Made by a program: the position numbers and the translations under genes. Of a stretch of DNA of 64,000 nt, positions 44,241-54,372 are shown in pieces; the stretch's first letter is position 1; every line of letters begins with the position of its first letter. Location: positions 259,744 to 323,743 of the forward strand of contig CAVRDX010000004.1 in NCBI GenBank assembly GCA_963719945.1, read 5' to 3'. The notes below the pieces were generated by a model. That model was given only the letters and a program-made list of their open reading frames with translations. It did not search any database and was not told the DNA's origin. Source of the stretch: an uncultured Thermoplasmata archaeon (lineage in GTDB: Archaea; Thermoplasmatota; Thermoplasmata; UBA10834).

Positions 44241-46095
44241 ATGTTGAGCGTACTGCTTATAGAAGACAACCAGGGCGATGTCCGCTTGATTCGGGAAATG
44301 ATCAGGGAGAGAGAGACCGTCTCTCTATTCGCCCTCGAATACGTATCGACATTAGAGGACGGACTGGAGGCCATCGACAATGGACACTTCGATATCATCC
44401 TACTCGACTTGGGATTGCCAGACAGCCAGGGATTGAATACCCTGAGGACGTTGCGGTCCAAAGCCCCGAAGTCGCCTATTGTCATCATCACCGGACTTGC
44501 GGATGAAGTCACTGGGATATCTTCCTTGGAAATAGGCGCAGATGATTTTCTGAATAAGAGGGAGCTGAACGCAAGCTATCTGACCCATGCGATATTGTAT
44601 GCGATTCAGAGAAAGGCCTTGACTGAGAAGTTGAAGCTGAGCGACGCATCGGTCGAATCTGCGAACAGCGGGCTTATTGTAGCTGGACCGAAGTGGGAGA
44701 TACAACATGCGAATTTGTCCGCTTCACAATACCTAGGCTACACCCAGACAGAGCTTCATAATCAGTTATTGACCAAGTTCTCGAAGGATGAATCTAAACT
44801 CGTTGCTGGGCTGAGATCCGTTGTGATGACTTCAAGCTGGAGCGATGAGATCGAGATGATTCGAAAGGATGGCGATCCGTTGCTGGCCGAAGTGTCAGCC
44901 ACCGCTGTCAAGGACGAATCTGGCAAAGTCACGTACATAATCGTCTCCTTCTCGGACATTTCTGCTCTGAGGGCTGCGGAGCATGAGCTTCAAGCCACAG
45001 AGAAGAAGTATCAGCACCTATTCACTATTGCAATGGAAGGATTCTGGGTGATTGATCCTTCTGCCAAGACTATCCTAGCTAATCCCAGGATGGCTGAGAT
45101 GCTCGGATACACTTCTGAGGAAATGGCTGGCAGAAGCCTCTTCGAGTTCATGGATGGCGAGAGCAAGGAGCTCATCAATATGCTCCTGCGGCCGCGGAAG
45201 TCTGGCATGTCTGAGAAACACGAAATCACTTTCGTGAAGAAGGACGGATCCGCGCTGTATGCCCTTCTGCACGCCACGCCGATCATGGATCCGGATGGTT
45301 CGTATTCTGGAGCACTTGCGTGCGTCGCAGACATATCTGATCGCAAGCGATATGAGATTGAGCTTAAGGAACGAACCGAAGAGGCCGAGGCGCAGCGGCA
45401 GCGGGCTCGCACATATTTCGATTTGCTGGCACACGACATTGCAAACCTGATCTCGCCTATTCAGCTATATTGCGATCTCACCCGCCTTGAGAAGAATCAT
45501 TCCTCGGAGACTCTGCTTCGGGCTAAGCGTTTGTCAGACCAATCGAAAAGAGCATCATCATTGATCATCAACCTCAGAATGCTGGAGGAGCTTGAGCGAG
45601 TCGGCCCAGGGAACGTCGAATCGATCGACCTCATTGAAGTAATTGCGGATGTGAACGAGAAGGCAAGGTCGGAGTATTGGTCGAAGAGCGTCAGTCTGAA
45701 GATCGTTGGTCACAAAGGGGAAAGCGTCCATGTTAAAGGTGGCACATGGACGAAGCATGTCATATCCGAGATTATCAACAATTCGGTCAAGCACTCCGAT
45801 AGCAACGCTGTCAATATCCGCATCAGCATTTCAGAGGTTGACTGTGGGTCCGGAATTGAAGGTTGGCAGATTGATTTCAGTGACGATGGCCCTGGCATTC
45901 CAAACGATATGAAGGATCTTCTCTTCTCTACGTTTCGACCCAATGAGGCGTTTCAAGCGAGGAGTCGCTACGAACATGTCTTTCTGTTCCAGTTTCGTCA
46001 AGCATTTTGGAGGCGAGATAATAATCGGCGACCGAATTGAATCCCACCCTGAGAAAGGTGCCAAGATCACATTGAGATTGCCAAAAGGTGAGTGA
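44241..46095 (+). pseudogene. Hybrid sensor kinase (REC, 2x PAS, HisKA-like, HATPase_c) with a +1 frame break in the ATPase domain
   Basis: REC (LLIEDNQGD, DIILLDLGLPD), two PAS-like blocks, an H-box (LAHDIANLISPI) and an N-box (IINNSVKHS). The annotated tail after about 45910-45963 is nonsense. The +1 frame gives RFDPMRRFKRGVATNMSFCSSFVKHFGGEIIIGDRIESHPEKGAKITLRLPKGE, with its stop at 46093-46095. Confidence 0.8.
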
Positions 46096-46534
46096 CTTGA
46101 AAGCAGGAATATTCGTTGTCGAAGATGAGGCAGCCTTCTTCGAGATATACAATGCGGTATTTTCGTTGCTTGGGCTCGAATTGGTCGGTTGGGCGTACAG
46201 CGGCGAGGAGGGCATTGACAAGTTCAAGCAACTGGATGCCTGTCCCGCGCTGGTCATAATGGATCACAGGCTTCCTGGGAAGAATGGCATAGAGACGATG
46301 CTCGAGATGTCTCGCATATGGCCTGATGTCAAGACGTTGTTTGTGAGCGCGGACGGATCGGTTAGGGGAGATGCGCTTTGCCATGGTGCGCTTGACTTCA
46401 TTCAGAAACCGTTCGAGTTGCGTGATTTCATGGTAGCGATCAAAAAGAGCATACCGGGGTTCTCCACCAAGATTGACGGTGAGAAGGCCAACGTTCGGAA
46501 GTTGAAGTCAGACCATGTCATTGAGTCAACCTGA
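46088..46534 (+). CDS. Stand-alone response regulator receiver
   Basis: IFVVEDEAAF and ALVIMDHRLPGKNG. The GTG start overlaps the reconstructed kinase stop by 8 nt. Confidence 0.85.
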   Translation: MSDLKAGIFVVEDEAAFFEIYNAVFSLLGLELVGWAYSGEEGIDKFKQLDACPALVIMDHRLPGKNGIETMLEMSRIWPDVKTLFVSADGSVRGDALCHGALDFIQKPFELRDFMVAIKKSIPGFSTKIDGEKANVRKLKSDHVIEST

Positions 46535-46586
46535 GGACCATTATCATTTGGATGGTGACACTCTGATCGACGGATTATTTCCAGGG

Positions 46587-48570
46587 TCATGCAATTCCTG
46601 TCGATCCCTCTATTCCATCCGGTATGCTGAAAATAAACCTTGCTCCTTTTCCGGGCTCAGATTCTAACCAGATCTTGCCGCCATGCCGCTCGACTATCTT
46701 CTTGCATATCGCGAGTCCGATGCCTGTCCCGGAATATTTACGACCTGCGTGCAATCGCTGGAATATGATGAATATCCGTTCCGAATATTGCGCTTCAATT
46801 CCTATCCCATTGTCCTGGACTGAGAATACCCATTCGCCAATCCCTCGTTCTGCAGAGATGTGGATTCGGGGGGTGTCATCCCCTCGGAATTTCATTGCAT
46901 TGCTGAGCAGATTCTGGAGCAACTGCACGAGCTGACCTGGATCGGCTACAACAATCGGAAGCGGGCCAGTAGTGATGATGGCCCCGTTGTCTTCTATCGC
47001 CATCTTCAAATTGAGCATTGATTCCTTGAGGACATTATTGAAATCGATCTTGGAGAACTGCTTTCCTCGCGTTCCAACCCTCGAGAATGCAAGCAGATCA
47101 TTTATCATTCCTTGAAGCCGGTTTGCTCCATCAACAGCATATCCGATGAATTCATCCGCATCGTCATCCAGCTTCCCTTCGTATCGTCGAGACAGGAGTT
47201 CCAGATAGCTGGCGATCATGCGAAGCGGTTCCTGCAAATCATGAGATGCGATATATGCGAATTGCTGGAGCTCGTCATTGGACCTCTTCAACTCTACATT
47301 GGCCAAGTCTAGTTCCACGGTCCTCTCCTGTATCTTCTTCTCCATGTCGTCCCGATACTCCTTGAGGCTCGCGGTCATCTCGTTGAATGTGGATGCGAGC
47401 TCACCGATCTCGTCTCTGGAACTGTATGTCGACCCTCCTATCGAGATTCCCTCCAGAAACGTCTCGAGCTGCTCCCGTGAACAGTCTGATAGGTCTTATG
47501 ACGGATCGCATCGAGAAATATGCTACGACCCCTCCTAATGCCAATAGCACCGCTGTTATCTGTATTGCGACATTGCGCAGCTCGTGTGCGGGAGCGAGCA
47601 CTTCGTTGAGGTTGTAGCCGACGAGGATGATCCATCCGAATCCACCATAATTCAGATATCCTGGCGAAGTGGCATAGGAATAAAGCACATCGCATCCTCC
47701 TTCAGTCGTGACGAATGATCCAGTCTCGCCATCCAATTGTACAAAGTAACTCTTATCCGAGATGTTTTCCAAGGTGGCATATGCATCCGAAGAGTACAAT
47801 AGTCTACCATCTGGAGTGACCGCCTTGATCACTCTGCTGGCATATGGTGACGGCGTCAGTTCTATCTCGGTTTCCCTGACAATGCCAATCAGGTTCACGA
47901 TGCCCTTCATGACGCCGACCATGGTTCCGCTACTATCTTCTATTCTCACACATACGCTGACTCCGTATGTGCGAGAGCAATCATCGTAGCCCATGTCGCT
48001 GATGTAACTCCCGTTCTCCACAGTAGCGTGCCACCATTCATCATCCTGCAGATACTCGGTCACTCTAGAAGACATAGCAATAGTCGCTCCATACATGTTG
48101 GTGATGAGGACATTATTGTAGACATCGTATCCTCTCTCCACGAGGTTTTTATCAACCAACCGTTCCTTGATTATTTTGGAAAGGTTATTGTTCTCGATTG
48201 ATTGAATGAGCTCTGAAGTCTCATCGAACGGCACGGAGTGCCACTCAGAATCGATTTCTGCGATGTATGCTTCGAGATCCGGTAACTCACCGAAATCAAT
48301 GTTCGATTGTGACACAGCATCGACGAGTTCCGAGTCTTGGGACAGGAGGTCGATGGCATAATGTTTCAATAATATGCCTCTATCCAGGCTGAACGAGGAT
48401 TTCCACGCGACAGCAATCGTGCCCTCCGCAGTTGTGTTCTTCAGGGTTTCGCTGTTCTGTATAAGAACCAACCATGTGAGTCCGCTCATTAAGACAAGTA
48501 CAGCTATGAATCCGACACCCAACTTGAATGTCACACCGGATCCGAACTGGAGTTTGGTATCGCTGGTCAT
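46587..48570 (-). pseudogene. Membrane sensor histidine kinase (TM, extracytoplasmic Cache-like domain, TM, HAMP, HisKA, HATPase_c) split by a +1 frame break inside HAMP
   Basis: ORF 47401..48570 ends RPIRLFTGAARDVSGGNLDRRVDIQFQRRDR-stop. The frame of ORF 46587..47378 is open upstream and reads SSRDEIGELASTFNEMTASLKEY, then SHDLQEPLR (H-box), and GTGIGLAICKKIVERHGG. Confidence 0.8.
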
Positions 48571-49823
48571 TGATACACCAACTCTTCATTGATTACCTTT
48601 GCTGGGAAGAGGGGGATTGCGAAGTTGTGGTCACCAGGAGACACGCATATATTTCCAAGGACCCCGTTGTAGACGAAACCTTTCAACAGCAGGTTGCGCA
48701 CGTTCTCCCTCGACACCTCTTGGTCGATAAGGAGGCTGGATAGGAATTTGATTGCATCATATCCAGATGCACCTTGATGCGTTATCGAACGGTTATACAA
48801 GGCCTGGAAGCTGTTCTCGAGCCGGTCAGAGTACGAATAGGCTGGCCGGTATATGTTCGGCGCTGAAACATAAGCCCCGTTCGCGACCATTAGTTCTCTG
48901 ACGGACGGAGTGGCTGCTCCGCTCCCGAGGAAGATGTGTCCCGCGTAGTCGGAATCTCTTAGCTCCTGGAGTATACCTTCATAGTAGCTAGTCAATCCGA
49001 CCGCGAAGATCGCGTCATTCTCGGAAAGGTTCTGTACCTGCAATGAGAAATCATCCGCCCATGGCTCAAATCCTTCGTACTCGAACTGAATTCCTCTCGA
49101 CTCGATTTCGGGTAGGAATGCGTTGAGAACCGAGTTGCCATACTCATCGTTGATATAGATGAGTCCCAGCTTCCCGATTTCAAGGGAATCCATCTTGATC
49201 AGGGCTGGTCGGACTTCCTCCTGCGCACCGAAGTAGTATCGGAAGACCCAATCCCTTCCGGCTGTCACGGTGTCAGATGAAGTGACAACCGCGACAAGAG
49301 GCGTTTCATTCTCTTCCGCGAGCGGCGCGAGTGCAATGGAGATTGAGCTCACTGCCGAGATGTACATGAGGGGATGGTACTCGTTCTCGATATCTGCATA
49401 GATTTCGACTGCCTTCGATGAGTTGGACTCGCAATCCCTTATGATTAGCTGAATTTCCCTTCCGTTCAGATGGTTTCTTGTATTGATTTCGTCAACTGCG
49501 ATGAGCAACGCATCCCTGACGTCTATTGTGGATGCAGCTCCTGCGCCAGTAAGCGAGAGTATGACGCCTATCCTGATAGGTTCCTTATTCCCATCAACAA
49601 AATATTCCACGGAGAAGAACGCCGTGGCTGAGAGGATTATGATTATGAACACTGCTAATAATCGATAGTATGTGCGGCCATTCGCATTCTTTTGCTTGCT
49701 CCGCAACCTTCTCTGCCTAGTTTTCTCTACTGGATCTGTAATGCTTTCCACCATTCCAGATAGCGTGCGTCGCGCTGCTAATCCGACTGATTGGTCGGAT
49801 CTCATCGAACCCAGCCCCCCCAT
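48567..49823 (-). CDS. Membrane-anchored type-1 periplasmic-binding-protein-like (Leu/Ile/Val-binding family) protein
   Basis: N-terminal TM helix (LLAVFIIIILSATAFF), then an LIVBP-like start (IRIGVILSLTGAGAASTIDVRDALLIAVDEIN). Its stop overlaps the kinase start (ATGA at 48567-48570). Confidence 0.78.
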   Translation of the reverse strand: MGGLGSMRSDQSVGLAARRTLSGMVESITDPVEKTRQRRLRSKQKNANGRTYYRLLAVFIIIILSATAFFSVEYFVDGNKEPIRIGVILSLTGAGAASTIDVRDALLIAVDEINTRNHLNGREIQLIIRDCESNSSKAVEIYADIENEYHPLMYISAVSSISIALAPLAEENETPLVAVVTSSDTVTAGRDWVFRYYFGAQEEVRPALIKMDSLEIGKLGLIYINDEYGNSVLNAFLPEIESRGIQFEYEGFEPWADDFSLQVQNLSENDAIFAVGLTSYYEGILQELRDSDYAGHIFLGSGAATPSVRELMVANGAYVSAPNIYRPAYSYSDRLENSFQALYNRSITHQGASGYDAIKFLSSLLIDQEVSRENVRNLLLKGFVYNGVLGNICVSPGDHNFAIPLFPAKVINEELVYQ

Positions 49824-49947
49824 CTATCGACAAGAGGCACAATAATGATATCGGTGAGCTGTGCGTCTTTGGATATCATATCCACTCACCCGCCCGCCCT
49901 GGCTGACTGTAGGGTGTGTATTTGTTCAGCCGCAGAAACAATGGATA

Positions 49948-50020
49948 TGGGCCCAACCGGATTTGAACCGGTGATCTACGCCGTGTAAGGGCGTTGTCAT
50001 AACCGCTAGACCATGGGCCC
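49948..50020 (-). tRNA. tRNA-Val (anticodon UAC)
   Basis: Minus-strand fold. Acceptor GGGCCCA/TGGGCCC. Anticodon stem ACGCC/GGCGT with loop CTTACAC. T arm ACCGG-TTCAAAT-CCGGT, discriminator A. Confidence 0.9.
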
Positions 50021-50050
50021 GTTGGGGCGGACCAGTTTATGCCCTACCTG

Positions 50051-50060
50051 TTCTTAAAAC
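50051..50060 (-). promoter_or_regulatory. TATA box candidate for tRNA-Val
   Basis: The minus-sense GTTTTAAGAA is centred about 35 nt upstream of the tRNA 5' end. Confidence 0.45.
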
Positions 50061-50074
50061 ATTCTCAGCCCGGT

Positions 50075-50656
50075 TCAGCGTTTCGCAGCATCGAAGCCCA
50101 TGGCGAATGCCTGGAGGTTCTCCTCGAGCTTCCTCGGTATATTCATCTTTACCGAGTTCTCGAAATGCTCCCTTGGGATTCCTGTTACACCGGTCCCTGC
50201 CAGCGCTCCGACCATGACGACGTTCGATGATATCGGCACGCCAGCCTTCTCTGCGATCTCCCCCGAGTCGATCATGAAGACTCGGGCCGAGGTCTCTTCC
50301 ATCTTCTTCTTGATCTCTTCGAGCTCCGGATACCTCATCTTCTGCGTGGACACGCTCAGGGGCACGACCCTCTCAGTGGAGCTGATGACCACGGTCTTCT
50401 TAGATGACTTGCAGACCGCTCTCTCGGTCTCCAAGAGTTCAAGCGAGAGTATTACATCCGCGTCGCCATCGGTTATCAATGGGCTTGCATGGTCGCCGAT
50501 CCTCGCAGTGCAGACGACGGACCCGCCTCTCTGGGCCATGCCGTGCGTCTCGCTCATTATCACGCCTTTGCCCGCTAGGATCGCTGCATCGCCGATTATC
50601 TTGGATGCGGTGATTATCCCCTGGCCACCAACACCTACGAGGTAGATGTCGACCAT
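50075..50656 (-). CDS. iorB: Indolepyruvate:ferredoxin oxidoreductase subunit beta
   Basis: MVDIYLVGVGGQGIITASKIIG...SETHGMAQRGGSV. The ATG shares one nucleotide with the iorA stop (TGATG). The ORF-track extension to 50875 is a run-on. Confidence 0.9.
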   Translation of the reverse strand: MVDIYLVGVGGQGIITASKIIGDAAILAGKGVIMSETHGMAQRGGSVVCTARIGDHASPLITDGDADVILSLELLETERAVCKSSKKTVVISSTERVVPLSVSTQKMRYPELEEIKKKMEETSARVFMIDSGEIAEKAGVPISSNVVMVGALAGTGVTGIPREHFENSVKMNIPRKLEENLQAFAMGFDAAKR

Positions 50657-52506
50657 CACTGCACCTCCTTGATAGCATTGTATGGACAGACATTCGCACA
50701 TACTCCGCAGCCCGCGCATTGAGCCTCGTCTATGGTCTGCACCTTGTCGACGCTCGATATCGCTGGGCATTGGAACTTCGTGACACAGGTCCTGCACTTC
50801 TTGCAGTCGGCCTGGTCGATGAAGTGCTTCTTGATGATGGCCCCTTTCTCGTCCCTCTTGACGATGAGGGCGCATTCTCTTCTGGCGATTATGACTGTGA
50901 TGCTATCCTGAGCGAGTGCCTCTTTGATGGTCTCGGTCATCAAAGCGACATCATACGGATCGACGGTTCTGATCCACTTCACCCCACATCCCTTAACGAC
51001 ATCCTCTATCGGCAGGGATATCGCTTCGGGATTGCAGGGGTCTCTGCCGCTTCCAGGGTGAGGTTGATGCCCGGTCATCGCGGTCGTGCGGTTGTCGAGG
51101 ATCATCAACAGGAACTTGTGTCTCTGATGGACCGCATTCAACAATCCCGGTATACCGGAGTGGAAGAATGTCGAGTCGCCTATGAATGAGATGATCGGCA
51201 GATCGTTCACCTTTGCGAGTCCTCCCGCGGTACCGACGCTGGAGCCCATGCATACGAGGAAGTCCGCGGCGCTGTACGGCGGCGCGACCCCCAATGTGTA
51301 GCAGCCGATATCCGATGCGAAGATCGCCTTCTTGTTAGTGGCCTTGTTGACCGCGAAGTAAGTCGCACTGTGTGGGCATCCTGCACATAGTACTGGCGGG
51401 CGCTTTGGCAGGTCTTCAGGGAGTTCGCATTTCTTCTGGTCTCCCGCGCTTCCAAGACCGAATGCATTTCTCAAACCTTTCGCCACGATATCCTGATCGA
51501 ATTCGTGCGCTCTCGGGAACACTCCATCGAGCTTCCCTACCACCTTGGTCTTCAACCCATCTCTCTGGATGATAGCCCTTATCGCAGTCTCCAGGATCGG
51601 CTCGAGCTCCTCGACCACAGTGACGATCTCGTGGGACTTCAGGAATTCTGTAACTTTTCTGACAGGCAGCGGATTGGAGAATCCTAGCTTCAGTAGGTCG
51701 ACTGATAGTGAAAGGCTGACCGCTGCATCCGAAGCGTAATTCGCGGCGACGGAGGATGCTATCATACCGAACTTCTCGGAACCGCCTTTTATTTTGATGG
51801 ATCGGTTGAACTCTGAAACCTCAGCGATCTCTTGAGCCTTCTTGAGCTGCTCGAGCAACACCAAGTGCCTGACCCGGGCGACTGCAGGGACCGTCACGAA
51901 TCTCGTGGGGTCCTTGATGAACTCCTTCTTCTTTGGACCTTGGACAATCTTACCTACATTTACGGGTCCGCGCACGTGCGACACGCGCGTAGTCGTACGT
52001 AGCATCACAGGTTGCTCGAGCTTCTCAGAGATCTCGAACGCCTTCTTCGTCATCTCGTAGCATTCCTGTGGTGATGCAGGCTCGAAGAGCGGGAACCCTC
52101 CGAGAAGTGAATAGTACCTGTTGTCCTGTTCGTTCTGACTCGAGTGACATGACGGATCATCCGCGGTAACTAGCACGAAGCCGCCTCTGGTGCCCGTGTA
52201 CGCGAAAGTCATCAGAGGATCCGCGGCTACGTTGACCCCTACATGTTTCATGCTGACGATGGCTCTCACGCCTGAAGCAGCCGCCCCCATGGCAATCTCG
52301 GCCGCGACTTTCTCGTTGACCGAATATTCGAAGTATATTCCCGCATCCTTGGCCACGCGCGCGAGCGTGTCACCTATCTCAGACGCTGGCGTGCCTGGAT
52401 ATGTTGTGGCGACTGATATCCCTGCCTCCAAGGCCCCCCTCGCGATCGCCTCATTTCCGAGTAGAAGGATCTTGGACCCTGGTTCGGATGACAGAACCTT
52501 GTCCAT
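50656..52506 (-). CDS. iorA: Indolepyruvate:ferredoxin oxidoreductase subunit alpha
   Basis: LLLGNEAIARGALEAG N-terminus, a TPP-binding GDSTFFHSG, and a C-terminal 2x[4Fe-4S] (CKKCRTCVTKFQCPA, CAGCGVCANVCPYNA). I prefer the ATG at 52506 over the TTG at 52530. Confidence 0.9.
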   Translation of the reverse strand: MDKVLSSEPGSKILLLGNEAIARGALEAGISVATTYPGTPASEIGDTLARVAKDAGIYFEYSVNEKVAAEIAMGAAASGVRAIVSMKHVGVNVAADPLMTFAYTGTRGGFVLVTADDPSCHSSQNEQDNRYYSLLGGFPLFEPASPQECYEMTKKAFEISEKLEQPVMLRTTTRVSHVRGPVNVGKIVQGPKKKEFIKDPTRFVTVPAVARVRHLVLLEQLKKAQEIAEVSEFNRSIKIKGGSEKFGMIASSVAANYASDAAVSLSLSVDLLKLGFSNPLPVRKVTEFLKSHEIVTVVEELEPILETAIRAIIQRDGLKTKVVGKLDGVFPRAHEFDQDIVAKGLRNAFGLGSAGDQKKCELPEDLPKRPPVLCAGCPHSATYFAVNKATNKKAIFASDIGCYTLGVAPPYSAADFLVCMGSSVGTAGGLAKVNDLPIISFIGDSTFFHSGIPGLLNAVHQRHKFLLMILDNRTTAMTGHQPHPGSGRDPCNPEAISLPIEDVVKGCGVKWIRTVDPYDVALMTETIKEALAQDSITVIIARRECALIVKRDEKGAIIKKHFIDQADCKKCRTCVTKFQCPAISSVDKVQTIDEAQCAGCGVCANVCPYNAIKEVQ

Positions 52507-52797
52507 GGTGTTCCTGTTAACGATTTCCAAAGGAAATACCTTTTCGAGTGACCATTATCGTGCATTCGACTGATTTAGCGACCGAGAAATAGGATGGCTC
52601 GGCACCTAAAAATAGGGACATCGCAGATTCTCCCTCGTCTGCGATTCTAGCGAACTTCGATTACTCCAGGGGACATATACATGGATCACGGTGCCAGGGA
52701 CAACAGTCTTAACAGTGGACAGGGATTCTACGGAAGCAACTACAAGGGAACACAACATAAGGTGATCAAATCCAAGACGGTCGATCATCAGAGGCCA

Positions 52798-54339
52798 ATG
52801 AACCGCAGATTTGTACAGAAACGATTGGTTCTGGCGTTCGTATCATTTGGCATCGTCGCATCAATGGCACTTCTTGCTTTGAATGGCCTTCACCTTCCAT
52901 CATTCGGCAAGGCACCTTCTGTGCCTGACTCTGACGAACCGGTATATTCTTACGACTGGCCAGTCGACTACCTCAACGACACTGTGATACCTATTGGCAC
53001 TATCCATTCTGATTTCTCGACCTATGATGAGACTGATGTGGCTGTTCAGGGAAATGTGACGGCTGCCCCTGACGAATATGACAATGGTTGCTTTTTCATA
53101 CAGGATTCCACAGGCGGACTCATGGTACGGACCGCAGGTTCGGGATTCACGTTCAACCTCAACAGAGGGGATTATGTTAGATTGTATGGGACGGTGGCGC
53201 AGACTGTCCAGGGCATGCACGTGATAGAGGATGCCCAGAGCTATTGGCTGATGGGTACCGGTAACACCGTCTATGTACAGCACATGTACAACTCATCGCT
53301 CGTGGCTGCATCGGATCAGGGGATGCTTGTCAAGATGAACGGATACCTGACCAACTTCAGCTACGACAACACTTCCCATACCGTTCCAGATTGGGAGAAG
53401 GTTTCGTGCACATCCACCCTGTGGATGTATAGTCGCAACTTCACAGTGCAGGCGACAAACTTCACACTCTCTGATTACGATGGATTTGCGATGGTGACCG
53501 GAGTGATGTTCTATGTTGATGGTTCATACGCACTGAATCCGCGGTCATCCTCGGACATAGATCATGGTGACGGGCCTTATTGGACACCAAACGTTGATGG
53601 CTATCTTGACGATTGGACCTCGTCCGAGATGGCCGTCGACGATTCTGACAGCGATGCCAATATCGTTGGCTACGAAATGAAGTGTTTGTACACAACGTGG
53701 GACTCAGAATTCCTTCACATAGGTGTAGAGTATGCCATCGGAGAATACGGTTCGGCAATAGTGTATATTGACGCAATCCCTGGGCAAGGGGCTAGTAATG
53801 TGTCAGCCTTGACAGATATGTGGGGATGGGATCCGTTTGCTTGCTCCAGGCACCTGGAGTTCCGAGACGGTTTCGAAGCGGATTATATGCTTCTCAGATA
53901 CGAGGACGGATATCCTGTCCTCCTCAGGTTGATCTCGAACGGATTGTATGAGGACGCGACATTGGGGATGGCTGCCTTGGCCACCGGAACCGTGGATGGT
54001 GGGAGTGCATTCATCGAAGCAGCAATCCCCTGGACTACGATATTTGGAATGGATCCTGGTGAAGTCCCACTCGGGTCAACCATCCGCATGGTTGCAGTGG
54101 TCACTGGTGGATCGGATACCAATGTATTCGACTCCGCGCCAGATTCCGTGCTAATACCAACATGGTACGACTGGACCAAGCTGTACTACTTCTACGACTT
54201 CTGCATAGATTGCGATCTTGACGGTTACCCTGATGATTACAGCTCGGGATTCGCGATACCCGAATTTTCCATCCTGATAGTCGTCCCGATGATGGTCGCG
54301 ATGGTGTTGGTGGTTCGCGCTAGAAGGAAGAAGACCTAG
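52798..54339 (+). CDS. Membrane-anchored extracellular protein of unknown function
   Basis: N-terminal TM (LVLAFVSFGIVASMALLAL), an acidic Asp/Tyr/Trp-rich ectodomain, and a C-terminal TM plus RARRKKT tail. The start is trimmed from 52681. Confidence 0.65.
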   Translation: MNRRFVQKRLVLAFVSFGIVASMALLALNGLHLPSFGKAPSVPDSDEPVYSYDWPVDYLNDTVIPIGTIHSDFSTYDETDVAVQGNVTAAPDEYDNGCFFIQDSTGGLMVRTAGSGFTFNLNRGDYVRLYGTVAQTVQGMHVIEDAQSYWLMGTGNTVYVQHMYNSSLVAASDQGMLVKMNGYLTNFSYDNTSHTVPDWEKVSCTSTLWMYSRNFTVQATNFTLSDYDGFAMVTGVMFYVDGSYALNPRSSSDIDHGDGPYWTPNVDGYLDDWTSSEMAVDDSDSDANIVGYEMKCLYTTWDSEFLHIGVEYAIGEYGSAIVYIDAIPGQGASNVSALTDMWGWDPFACSRHLEFRDGFEADYMLLRYEDGYPVLLRLISNGLYEDATLGMAALATGTVDGGSAFIEAAIPWTTIFGMDPGEVPLGSTIRMVAVVTGGSDTNVFDSAPDSVLIPTWYDWTKLYYFYDFCIDCDLDGYPDDYSSGFAIPEFSILIVVPMMVAMVLVVRARRKKT

Positions 54340-54372
54340 ATTTGAAATAGTCATGGTCTGATTGAGAATGCG

